Positions 50,922 to 63,040 of a stretch of 64,000 bases of DNA are shown in pieces. The DNA comes from Nageia nagi. Taxonomy: Eukaryota; Plantae; Pinophyta. The notes under the pieces were generated by a model that saw nothing but the letters and a program-made list of their open reading frames with translations, had not been told where the DNA came from and searched no databases. The position numbers and the translations under genes are program-made. The stretch spans positions 160,952,001 through 161,016,000 of the forward strand of contig JBITNC010000001.1 of assembly GCA_050084985.1 (NCBI GenBank), written 5' to 3'. Each line of letters begins with the position of its first letter. Within the stretch, counting starts at the first letter, position 1.

Positions 50922-51539
50922 CTGCAGTAAAAAAAGAAAATGGTATAAACAAACATGCAAAGTCCCGTTGCTGCTTCAAGTAAATCCATGCGATCTCCAT
51001 AAATCAAATAATCGGATAACCTTGGGGAATATCACTTATAGATGAAAGATATAAAAATGGATAAAATATGAATTATAACTAGAAGATAAGAGCCCACCTT
51101 GATAGACTTCCTACCCCTTGAAAACAGAATCTGTACTTTTTATCACGATAACTTAAGGCACTAGAATGCAATACAAAATAGCGACACATTAAAAGAACTT
51201 AGAAACTAAGAGTGAAAAATTGGAAGCTGTTACAGGACATTGTTAAACATATAGTAATTGCATTCATCAAACATTTACATCTTTCTTTTTACACAGGATG
51301 AGTACACCTCCACTGCATGATTAACATAGAAAATATGGTAGAGAAAGCAAAATAAATCTTGGGTGCATTCTTTCTTTGAACTTTTTTCTATAGTTTTCCA
51401 TGTTTATCATGTGTTCAGATATAAGATGCATTTCCTCAAATAAAAGGCATTGAAGATCAAAGCACCATCATAGAGAACTCTAAAATAAAACTTCAACAAC
51501 AATAACAAAAAGGAGATGCACAATAATTTAAAAGCCCTC

Positions 51540-52435
51540 ATAGAGGTAATTCAAATAATCGAAGATATCATCCCCAATTATTTGATTGTGAATATGGCAA
51601 ATAGGGTTCTATATTGATAACATCTTTAAGTTCCACCAATCCACATTATCCAAAGTTAGCCATCAGTTGTAACTAATAGGTCAGTACAAGTTCACACAAG
51701 GTCAAGATTCATGGCCTTGCCGAAAATAAACATCTTGAAACACACCCATCTTAATATCCCATCAAATGTTCCAGAAGTCAAGGTAAAACAAATTCCAAAA
51801 TGAAATAATGCATGTTAAAATCTTCACTGCCAGACTAACATGATCTCAATTGGATTACTCTAGATGTAATTACCATTAGTATTTTATTGTCATCAAGATT
51901 GTTTTAAATATCTTCTACAGAATCTTTGAAGATGAAGTTCATCCAACTTGGGAAGGTATGTAATATGTCAAATTGATGTCAAAGAGGTGATTCATGGATA
52001 ATATCAAATTTTAAAAAATAGAAGATATCATTTCCAAGATGATTGGCTGGATTGTTGATATGGGTAATAGGGCTGTGTATTTGTACCATCCAGAACTTCC
52101 AACAATCCACATTATCCTAAGTCTGGGTCTAACTTGTAGGTCAGCCCAAGTTCACCGAGGGCTGAGACTCAAAGCTTTCATCAAAATAAACACCTTGAAA
52201 TACACCTGTGGTAGTATCCTATTGAGTGCTCCCCAAGATAAGCTTCAACCAATACCATAATAAACTAATACATCCCAACACCTTCACACCCAGACATGAC
52301 TTCAATCAGATTATGTTAGAAGCATTTATTGTTACTATTTGATAGTCATCAGGATAGTTTCAAATTATCTTTACTGAAGACCCGAAAACAAAGCTTTTCT
52401 AACCTGGAAGGGAATGTAATATGTCTATTTAATGC
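51540..52435. repeat. Ancient tandem duplication, about 460-bp period
   Basis: GAAGATATCAT, CAATCCACATTATCC, TAGGTCAG..CAAGTTCAC, AAAATAAACA.CTTGAAA and TGTAATATGTC each occur twice about 460 bp apart. Confidence 0.75.
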
Positions 52436-53602
52436 CTGTAGTTAGCACAAGACAACTCATTGGTGTATCTTTCAAAACATTAATTCCTACATATTTTCCA
52501 TGTAGTAACATTCCCGACTGCTACAGTTATACCTAGGGAGAAAGATTACTTATAAATTGATAATTCCTTACATTCAAGCATAAACCTTACTATGTTAATG
52601 TAATGCAATTAGTGAAGCAATAGTTGAATGATTGATTACTGTTATCCAATATTCAAATGCATAGATAAATATAAAAAGGCATCAGCACCAACATAAGAGT
52701 ATCACATTGTCCTCTAGCAGGCCCCTGTACAGGCTGCCAGCCATCATATATTGTAGAAAGTTACAATATGCTACACCCCTGATCACCTTATGTTTTATTA
52801 TCCCCTTTTATATAGAAAGTAACAACAGTAATAGAAAATGTGTTTTCTGATCATGTCTTGATGTCCAAAACTAACCCAAGATCCTCGAGAAATATGAACT
52901 AAATTACTCTCAAAATAGGAGTTAATGGTGAAAAAGGAGAATTAACAGTAGCAAGCCAATCGATTATCTCAAGATACAAGTGAGATTTAGGAGGTAATTA
53001 TGACATGTTAAGCTATGAAATAATGCCAAATTTAGATGTATTTATTTAGGATAAATTTGCATTTAATGAAGCTTGTGTAACTTCTCATCGGTCATTCATG
53101 GATATTAATATAATTTAGTTCCTTCTCTCCTAACTTGACTTTTCTCGATACTAACCTAGTAACCACTACCCCCAAACCAGCCTTTAAGTCTATTTCAGGA
53201 AAGGAACTCTTCCTCTTTAAATAAGCATGTATAAGGCATTTGAATGGCAGTTATCATTTGAAAATCTTGTACTTCTTTCTCACAATATTGATAGCTTATT
53301 GTACATCATATACATGACTTGGTTTTATAAAGGGTGTTGTACACTGTATTAATTGAAGTATGCACAAAACAAATCCTAAGAATGGACTAACAGAATCATG
53401 ATGGTAATTCATTACTTCAAGGAGAAACCTATTTATACCAGGAAGATATTGCCCTGACATATGAGAATGACAGTTAAAGATAATTACAAATTCTACTAAT
53501 TCAATATTGTTCAGAAGCATCAATAACAAGCTTCCTTCATGACAATTATGGGAAATCATATGTAGAAAGTAAATGCAAATAAAAAGAAATGATAAAAGCC
53601 GC

Positions 53603-53672
53603 AAGACATTGGTGTAGTGGTAAGGGCTCTTGGTCTCCTTTGGGAGGTCATGGGTTCCAATCCCACAAGCCA
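53603..53672 (+). promoter_or_regulatory. tRNA-derived internal Pol III promoter (A and B boxes)
   Basis: A box, tRNA-like spacing and T-arm ATGGG-TTCCAAT-CCCAC; the acceptor stem does not pair, so this is not a functional tRNA. Confidence 0.8.
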
Positions 53673-53997
53673 AGAGAGGAAGCTATACCCATGTGGAGGG
53701 GTAATAAAGGAAGTGGTAAAACCTGAGGTGCTCGTAGTGGCCGACCAAGTTTTCCTACACAGTAGGTTATAAGGACTCCCCATTACACGCACATGGATAT
53801 AGATTCTTCGGATGTTTACCCTAACATTTTTGGGAGAGAGATGTTATGGTAGAAGACCTAGGTGAGCAAAAGTCGGATTAATCCTGTCTGTAGAAGGTCG
53901 GGAGGGGCATGGTGATAGACAAGAACCTCCTACAACCGTAGCAAGGTAAATCTATTTAACTTTCTTTTGCTTCTTAGAATGCACCTAGGTTTTTGAA

Positions 53998-55239
53998 TTG
54001 CCCTGTAGGCGAATGGAAAGACAAAAACCATGGTGGGAACTCTTTTCCCAGGAGGCAAAAATTGATACGGGGCCCCCATTGCAGAAAACATGGGAACCAA
54101 ATGGGAAGCTTCATCTAAAAGTCCCACAAACAGTTACAGATCAGACAACGGAAAGAGGGCGACTAAGCTTAATTGGCAAAGTACAGAGAGCTAGGCCAAA
54201 TATAGATGATGTGTGGAGGTGGGCGAAGTTCAAACGGAAATTGAGAGGAAGTTTGGATATAATAGCCTTACCAAATGACTATTTGCTCTTTGTTTTCGGG
54301 AATGAAGAAGATCGAAATGAAATTCTAAGCTCTGGTTGGTTCATAGGCAACAGGGGACTATTCCTGGAGAGATGGCAGCCCGGATTTGACCCGACTAAAG
54401 CACAAATTTTGAGAGCACCAATCTAGGTTACACTACCCAACCTCCCGTTTGACCTTTGGCACCAAAGGTTTTTGAAGGAATTGGAAATTCCTTTGGAAGA
54501 TTTATCAAAACAGATGATGTAACAAAAGCTCGAACACGAATGATATCAGCTCGATTTTGTGTCATGGTAGAATTTGGGGAGAAACTCCCAACATCTATCA
54601 CTCTAGAAGCAGGGACGAGAGATTTTGAAGAAGAAATTAAGTATGAACCAAATAACTGCTTATGCTCCCTATGTAATCAGGTTGGTCGCATTGTGAGAGT
54701 GTGCCCAAAGAGAGTGCTATAGGATGAAAAAGAATGGAGACCGAAACCACCCCAGAAGGAACCATATATTGAAGAAGAAATGGAGGAGAATGACCCAAAG
54801 GAAGGTGAGATCACCCTAAACAAACTATGGAGAATAAGACAAGTAGGCTAGAAGATGGCAAGACAGTGCAAGGCACTAATGATCATGCTACGGGGGCTGA
54901 AAATAACCCTCCGACCAATGAAAATCCATCAAACCTACAGTTGAAACTATCCACCTCAGTATGGATCTTGATCGTTTTCAAAATGAGGAATGGCAAACGG
55001 TGAAAAGTAGAAAGAATAAAGCCAGTCCAACTCAATCCAATGACACTACAGGTAAAGAAACCTATCAAAGAGTACTACATAGTACTTCGAAGAAACTTGA
55101 TATAGGACAAAGACATGTTGGACGACCAAGTGAAGGAGAACTCAAAGAATTAGAGACTGCAAAGGAAGTTGCTGATGGAAAACAAGCAACACTCAAAGGC
55201 TTTGGAAGAGGATTCTTCCTCAAAACTAAGAAGAAATGA
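53998..55239 (+). pseudogene. Plant L1 ORF1 (DUF4283 RRM-like domain plus zinc knuckle), disrupted
   Basis: SLIGKV...LPNDYLLFVF...WFIGNRGLFLERWQPGFDP...PI*VTLPNLP...IGNSFG...ARFCV...CSLCNQVGRIVRVCP; W-to-stop at 54424 and a frameshift near 54456. Confidence 0.9.
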
Positions 55240-55756
55240 GGTGATAATCTACAGGCTATGAGTTTTGTAGCAGATTCACTCAGAGAATTGTTGATTCACA
55301 CAGTAACAGATTTAAATCCTGAGATTGATAATTATCTAACTGTGGCAGCATGTGAAAGGGTGGTATGAACAGGAACCAATGGAGAAAGCTGATAACTCGT
55401 AGCCCATAGTTCTCTTCTCATCTAAAGGAGAAACTTTGTGATAGTTTTTGTCTCAAATGTAACTCTGCTGAATATCTATCATCATGTATATATAGGTTTT
55501 GGGGCACTGTTTTCTGGAAAACCCGCTCTTCTTTTTTACCCTCACTAAAAAAAAATGATTAAAACTTCATGATGATGCAAACACAGAAATAACAAAAATC
55601 GGCATTATGAAAACAGCATAAGCTAGCAATTCTGTTTGATGGATAAGTAAACAATGCAGTTTTAATCAACATAAATAGCATCTTAATGATCTTTTAATTT
55701 ATTAGCAATGAAGCTAAGAATTTGTGGCACAGTAATTGCAAGAGTTTACCACAAAC

Positions 55757-55843
55757 CTGAAATAGTTTATTTGAAGATATTCCACAATATGTCTGAAGCA
55801 AATATGCAAGTGACCTTTGTGGTTTTCCAAGAACATCACAAGC
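55757..55843 (-). CDS. RRP6L3: RRP6-like 3 exonuclease, internal exon A (ACDVLGKPQRSLAYLLQTYCGISSNKLFQ; DEDDy exonuclease domain)
   Basis: TTTTCAG| acceptor and |GTTTGT donor; 87 nt, phase 0/0; peptide matches the plant RRP6L3 motif ACxVLxKPQRSLAYLL as recalled. Confidence 0.92.
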
Positions 55844-57180
55844 CTGAAAAGCAGGAAATTCATGTGGAAGCAAAAGAACGTTAACAAAACACAAGAACAT
55901 GGCCGTGCAACAGATCAATTGCATAAGTGTATCAAAATAGTGCCAGATTAAGTTTTGAAAGAAAATACAATAACAATTTGCAGAATTCTAACATAATGTG
56001 GAATCCTTAATTTAAGAACAATTAACATAAAAAATATGTTACACAGTAATGGACAGCTCATAAACGTTGAAACAGTAATGGATACCCATTATGGTGTCAT
56101 CACTATCAAATTTCAAGCTACATTCTTCCTAAAACAGTAATAAATATTGTCTTGTATCTCCTTCTCCATCAAACATTTCAAATGTTGGAGATTTGTAATC
56201 TTGATGAAGACGAGCATTTTGAATTTTTACAGAAAAAGGATTTTAACTAAGTTTTTTTAAGAGTAATGTGGATTACTCTTTAATTTCATAGATATTATTT
56301 CAGCCTAGTTTGATTCAATATTTTTCTCAATTATGATATTTCTAAATTTGCTTGTGCCCCTGAAGCGAGTGAAGTTGAACTTTGAACATTTTGTGTATTC
56401 TGATTACTTTGAGTATTTTATCTGTGTTGCAAAAAATGTTGGTAGTCCTCCATAGTATTTCTTGGAAGAATATTTCAATCAAATTTGGATGAGATCATGA
56501 AGTCATGATGCACTGAGGTTTTGACAAAGCTTTGGATCAAGTAGGGTTCTTCTGGATTTCTGATAACTTTTCATAAGGGTTTTAACGAATTACTAGGTTC
56601 ACCAAAAAAGGAAGGTTTGGGGGAGGGTTTTAGAGTGGGTAGGGTTTTTCAATCTTAAGAGAAATCTTGACAAATTCTAGGGTTTTGGTCAAAAATATTT
56701 TTCGCATTTGGTTCACCATCACCAAATTGTAGAGACAAAATAAAGAACAATGTATTAAAAAAATTGAAGTAAATATATTTATTTATGTCTACAAAATATT
56801 GCACTCTAGAGATCTAACAAATAGGATATTGCAAATTGACAACTTATATGGATGATGAGGAATTGGAAGCTTTTTGGTGCATAACTTGTGTTCCTAGGGG
56901 GCAAACCTTGTAGCCGATGCGGATAATTCTAAAGATGATGATTCTGAAAAATGATAATTTTGAAGATGACAATTCTGAAGATTATTCTACCGAAGTTGAA
57001 ACTAGAATTGATATGTAGGCAATCCAAAGAGACCAAGTTAAATTGCGATCGTTGCCAAGGTTTTGAACCATAACGTCCATATTTTGGGACTGCAATGCTT
57101 AAGTGCTAGACATTGTGGGCGTAGGTGTCAAAATGTTAGGCATTCGAGGTTGTAGAAAAGTTAGGCATTCTAGCCTAAAC

Positions 57181-58262
57181 CTAAGTTGCATGAAATGTGG
57201 AAATGTTTTCAAGTTTCTGAAACGGGAATGTCTAGAAATGTGAACCCTCCAAAATGGGTATGCCGAAGGAAATGGGGTGTGTGTGTATAAAATACTACAT
57301 TAACTTGCAAAAAATAAGAATGATACTAACATTTTAGAAGGAACACCATATCTAAATTAGCCCCCATAGATGATTACATGATGCAAAATCCAAAATAAGC
57401 CTTTTATAGATGAGGCTTTACATCCAAAATCAGCCTTTATACATGAGGTCATATGTGCTGGAAATGAAATAAAACATGAGCTAAAGACAAGCACAATTAC
57501 ATATTATCCTCATCCTCATTAACAAAAATAGAACAAGATGTTTGTTCAATAAAATTAGATCTTGGATTGGAAGAAGCAAGAGAGAGATCCAAGTCTACGT
57601 TTTCTACATCCAGATCCCAATATTTAGGAGGTCCATTTGTACATTCTTCATCCCTACAAGAGACAAGGCATAGGTTTGAATGGACATATACAAGACCCTC
57701 AACCTTATGTGATCCCAACTTATTCCGCTTTATAGAATAAATAAAACCATAAGTGCTCCAATTCCATTCCATTGATGAAGAGCTTGCCACTTGCGAATTT
57801 ATGATAGAATACAACTAGCAATGTTTTGAAAATATACACCATTTTTCCATGACAAGTCCACAATTTAATCGAGTGAATGGTCCTCCTCTCATACAAAAAT
57901 GATATGCTTGCAAAATCCTCCAATCCAATAGCAAAACAAGCAAATTCTTCCCTCAATTCAGTTTTTTATATTTATAGAAGCGTCCATACTTTTCCCAAGT
58001 GAGCAAAGGTGTCCAAAAATTGGAGAAGAATTTAAATTATTTCATCTCAAGTAAAATATATTAACATTCATACTTTTCCAAAGTGAGAAACGTGCGAGAA
58101 TACACCCAAAACAACATCTACAAATCGTAAAACTTTTCAATGGCATTTCCCACGACGTTTCCGAATCGTGAAACGTTTCAATGTTGTTTTGTACCTATAC
58201 CAGCATTTTGGGAAGTTTTTGGTTCTGGTACGGGCCTCCAAAGGGTGTTTCCTACAACTTAG
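57181..58262 (-). mobile_element. Internally deleted hAT DNA transposon retaining the C-terminal dimerisation (hATC) coding region at about 57500-57960
   Basis: TIRs CTAAGTTGCATGAAAT / CTAAGTTGTAGGAAAC; perfect 8-bp TSD GCCTAAAC (57173-57180, 58263-58270); ASSSSMEWNWSTYGFIYSIKRNKL...LVYVHSNL. Confidence 0.95.
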
Positions 58263-59369
58263 GCCTAAACGCTCGTTTGGCCTACGCTTCACTCCTTCCA
58301 CTACTTGGTTGATTATGATGATATTACCATGTTTATGGAAGATGACCTTGCATTATTGCTTTCTTCTTGTGATAAATCGTGATGATGATTGCTTATGCTT
58401 ATTCCATGTCTAAAATGAACATTTGGGAATGTTTTATAAAGGTTTCACAAATTTGATTTTGAGTTCACCTAGATGGACCCACTTAAAACAATGTCCATAA
58501 AGATAATGCTAAATTACAGGGAATCACTCAAGTAATTTCAAAATTACCCCAAATGGATCCAAAGTTAACACTTTACATAAATCAAATAAAACACTTAAAT
58601 AACTATATCTTAAATAGCCATAATGCAAATTTAGACATTTACACTACCTAATTGTCATCTAGTTGTCAAAACAAAGAGAATATATAAGACATAGGTCACC
58701 AAACAACTAAAAATGATAATTACAATCAATAATTGATTCCTTTTTCGGACTTAATCCTTTTTTCATCTAATTTAGAACTAAAATAACCATAGCTCTGAAG
58801 TGAGGGATCAAGTTGACACTTGCACAAATGAGACCCTTTGGAGATTTCTACAATAATCCACCCTCACAAACCTAGAGCGTGATGATATTTTGATACGCAA
58901 AAGGGCAAATGCAGGAGCCTTCAATGTCAACGATGCCAATCTTGCCAACTTCAATTGTGGCTATCAAGCTTAACCTTCAACAAACAGCTGCAAAAATTGA
59001 AAAATCATGATCGACAAGCTATCGACAACCTTCAAGAAAAAATTGTACAAGGGAATATATCAACAATTTATTGAGAAGAAATCGACATTTTAATACTATA
59101 TACAAATATACAAAAATATTTAAGTATAGTATACAAAAATTCCAATTATAAATAAGTTCTTGTAAATTTGGTGCTTGATTATTTTTGGTCCTTTCTTAAT
59201 TTATCATATTTTTCCAACTGTTTTTGATATTTCAAATAAATTGGCAAATTCACATCGAATTTAGAAAAATCATTTTTGGAGTTTATCACAATTTTCTACA
59301 TATTTTGGCAACTCTACTTCAACTCCTACTCATTGAAGACAACTCACACATAATTATCAAATCCAAATG

Positions 59370-62300
59370 GTCTAGATGAAGGTCATATAGATCATCTCTC
59401 GAATCGTTGTCATAGAATCTTGCCCAACGTCAGGTGCCAAGCCTTCCTTATGCCCAACGTTGAGTGCCAAACTCCCTTCTTTTCCAACGTGGGGTGCCAA
59501 ACTTCTCCCATGCCCCTCCCTTATGCCCAACGTTGAGTGCCAAGCTCCCTTCTTGTCTAACATGGGGTGCCAGGCTCCTTCTTCACTGGAAGTTTCATGC
59601 CATATATCCCTCAACCCCAACGTTGCATTGCTTTGCTCTTTTTCTTCTTCATGGTGAGTCCAAATTACTTCCAACCTTTTGTTGGTGACTTGTGGGCATT
59701 TGTCCTTGATTCCTTGTAAGGTATGAGTCTTGCCATCAATCTCGAAACTCATAGTCAGATTCCTGTAATTGGTGTGAATATCACCCAATTCAAACAACCA
59801 TTGCATGCCAAAAATTATATGAGGATGCCATCAAGTCGATACACATAAAAATTCTCCCTCACTGTGTAGCTCTACAATCTCACCCCAAATCTTTCCACAA
59901 TTTGATCCACCAACATGAGTTTCCAATTGGCATTGGAAACTCTAAATCCTTCAAACCTCTTCGTTTTGAGACCTTTCTTTTCTGCAAAGCCTTCATCAAT
60001 AAAATTATGAGTAGCACCAGGGTCTATTAACACCATTACCTCTTGCCCACCTGTTTGTCCAATTACCTTCAAGGTGAGGTACTTCTTTGCTCCATTGAGC
60101 GAAGCAATCATGCTCCCAAGGGATGCTTCCGCCTTGGGTGTTTCTGCTTTCTCCAACATGTCCACACCAAGTTCCAAATCTGAACCATTGTCCTCATCAA
60201 AGAGGACCTAGATGTAGTGCACCTACCCCTTACCTTGACAACAATGTCCTGGCTCCCATGGCTTTTTGCAATGAAAACATTTACCTTCTTCCCTCAGCTT
60301 CCTCCTAGTGGCTAAGTCCATTTGGCCTATTTGAGGGGTGAGGAAGGGTTTGAGCTTGTTGGTTACCTCTTTCTTTGCTACCGGTTTCCTCACAGCTTGC
60401 CCCTTGTACGTTTGTGCACCTTTGAGGGTGGTCATGGTAGACTCCAAATCGTAGGCTGCTCTTATTGCATCATCAAGGGTTTTGGGCCTTAATATCTTCA
60501 CCATTCCTTGCAAGGGCTCCATCAATCCCTCTACAAAGATGAAGGTCGACCTTTCTTCCGAAATGTTGCGGATCATTGCTGCTATCTTCTAAAATTCTGA
60601 AACAAAGTCATCCATTGTTCCTTACTGTCTCAAGGATGTGAGCTCCCTAAAATAATCATTCTCCTTTTTCTTTTCAAATCGTTTTACCAATCTCCTAGCA
60701 AACTCATCAAAAGAAGAAATATGAGAGTAATCTTGGCTAATTACCCCATGTTGCCACCATTCAATAGCATCTCCCTCGAAATGCAAAGATGCAAAATGGA
60801 TTGCATCCTCTTCAACCATATTCGAGCTTAAAGTGAAGTATGTTTGGAGCTGATGAAGCCAATCCCTAATCGTCATCTTCTTCCCATCATACATCAGAAC
60901 CTGGATTTTATTATTTTTTTGCTGCAACTCCCTTTTGTCAACCCATGAATTTCCTTGTAAGTATGTACCATGAGAGGTACTTCCTTTCAATCCCAAAATC
61001 TCCAAATAACTATTAAAATTCATATCCTTCCTTAATTTTGAATCAAGCATAGAATATTTTCTAAAAATTTGATTTAATTCAAGAGGGTTTGGGACCCAAT
61101 TCTTTACCTCATTCGAAGATTTATTGACAAACATATGCTTCGATGGCTTGGGAATGATGGGCAGCTCTCCTATCTTTCCAACGTCCTCCTCCAAGAATAT
61201 CCCTAAGAATGGGTTGGTCCCACTTGGTGCCCTATGAGAATGGGATCTCATGAACATCTCCTCAAATTGGGCTCTCTCTCAATTCTATCCTCTTCTCTTA
61301 GTTCGTCTTCCTCATCCAGAATAGAACGTGGAGGGCTAGGACTCCTCACGTTTCTCCTTGGGGCTTCTCTCCTCTCGAACCAAGCATCGAATTTGGTCGT
61401 TTGATTCTACACCACCTCAGTCATATTCTTCATGGTCGTAAGGAGCTTATTAAATTTCCTCTTCGATGTTGATTCCTTGACTGGTGTAGGGCTTCTCCTT
61501 CTAGACGATGGGGATCTGCCTCTCCTAGCCAAATTACCTTTGCCATAGTGCTCTCCATCCTAAACTTCCTCCATCCAAGGGCTATAAGCATCATTCCAGG
61601 TGGATCTAGCTGGGGTTTCATCTTGCAACACCCCCTTTCCACCTTTCTTAGCTGAAGCCATCTCTCTTCGGGTGCTAGATCTGGTGTATTAACTATGAAT
61701 TGCAGGTCTCATCCATAGGCTAGCTAAATCCAAGCTCTAATACCATTGTAAAATCCCAAATTATACTCAACGTGGAAATTAACCAAGCAAAAATCAAATC
61801 AATGTCAAACTATGCTCCTAGGCATGCCACGAACTAATCTAGGTATCAAATTAATAAAATATTGAACTAGGAATGCCAATGACTCACCATACAAGCATGA
61901 ATACACAAATTGCTCAATGTTGCATACAAGGAAGCATAAATATGTCAAACGCACAACAGTATGAGACAAATGAAGAAGATCCAATGTGTAAGTTGTATTT
62001 ATGATAAATGCTGAGAATGATACAATACCAAGCTCAAGAGGGCTCAACGTTAACCTCCAAGGAGCCAACTAGGGCACACAACTATGCAGAGATGGATACT
62101 GTTGTCAAAACCACTGTAGAACAACCACACTCTACCAGATCTGTGGATGCCACACTGAAGGGCTCCCTCACAGGCTAGCTCTTAGTGAAGAGATCGAATG
62201 TGATTCCAAAATGCCACCAGATGGATTCAAAGGTGTAGATTGCTTGTGGACGCCTCAAGGTAGGGCAACCTCAAAACACAAACATTCACCTCAACTGCTA

Positions 62301-63040
62301 GTCCGAAGTCCTTCCAAGTCTCCTAGACTCTCCTTGTGCTACATGCCCAAGGGTGCTTGACACCACCAAGTCTTTGCGTAGAAGAAGGGGTTTCAATATC
62401 AAATCTAGTCTATCTCTACAATGAGGCTCCTTTGCCTTATATAACACATCACTGGATCTGGAAATCACCTCAAAGTCATCACCCAGCCTTCCCAATCCAA
62501 CATTGGCTTCCTAGAAGCTCCACAAAATCCAACGAAGGTGCCTAGGGGTCAATCCCATCCCAACGTGGGTATTTGGGCCCTTTACAAGCCCAACATGGGT
62601 CCTCATGCTCAATGCGGGTGCTTGGGAGTCATCCATGACATGTGGGGTCTAAAGTGCATGCGTGGGCGTCTTGGTGTCACCATGGGCCAACATGGGGGTC
62701 TAGAAGTCTCCCCAAGGCTAACGCATGTATACAAGTGCTCTCAAATCCAACGTTGGGCAATTAAGTGATTTTCCATGCTCAAGTGTCATCTAGGTGTTAT
62801 ACAAGTCTTGGGATTTCCACAATTATTTTAGGATCTCCAAGTGCATTAATGACAAAAAAAATAACACATCCTAACTTGGGAGGAAAACGTCTCACATGGG
62901 GCTCACAACATGGGTTCAACGAACCATTATATTTCTATCCCAAGTAACTAACAACAAATAGATAAATAAATAAAATATTTTACAAAAAAGAATCTCTAGG
63001 ATTCCAAATTTATTTATTTTTATCCAAAGGGGATGTTACA
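59370..63040 (-). mobile_element. gag + protease gypsy element, 3'-truncated; 5' LTR 61747-63040
   Basis: LTR reads TGTAACATCCC...TTTTACA on the minus strand and is related to the 37456 family; PBS TGGTATTAGAGC at about 61734-61745; gag (CFHCKKPWEPGHCC); protease LIDPGATHNF; no RT; no 3' LTR found. Confidence 0.85.
59421..59581. repeat. Minisatellite, about five 30-bp units (TGCCCAACGTTGAGTGCCAAGCTCCCTTCT-like)
   Basis: Repeated CCAACGT..GTGCCAA cores immediately downstream of the protease region. Confidence 0.85.

Larger units (their letters stand above)
53598..55555 (+). mobile_element. tRNA-headed, ORF1-only L1-like retroposon (HAL1-like), with poly(A) tail and imperfect TSD
   Basis: A box TGGTGTAGTGG at 53610, B box GGTTCCAATCC at 53653; plant L1 ORF1; no ORF2; A9 tail at 55547-55555; TSD AAAAAGAAATGATAAAA / AAAAAAAAATGATTAAAA. 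Confidence 0.75.

Noticed and set aside
53603-53672. Functional tRNA gene
   Set aside because: The acceptor stem does not pair and there is no clean anticodon arm; it is the head of a retroposon.
56101-59360. CACTA transposon starting CACTATCAAA
   Set aside because: No matching terminal inverted repeat, 3-bp TSD or transposase found; left as an unidentified repeat.
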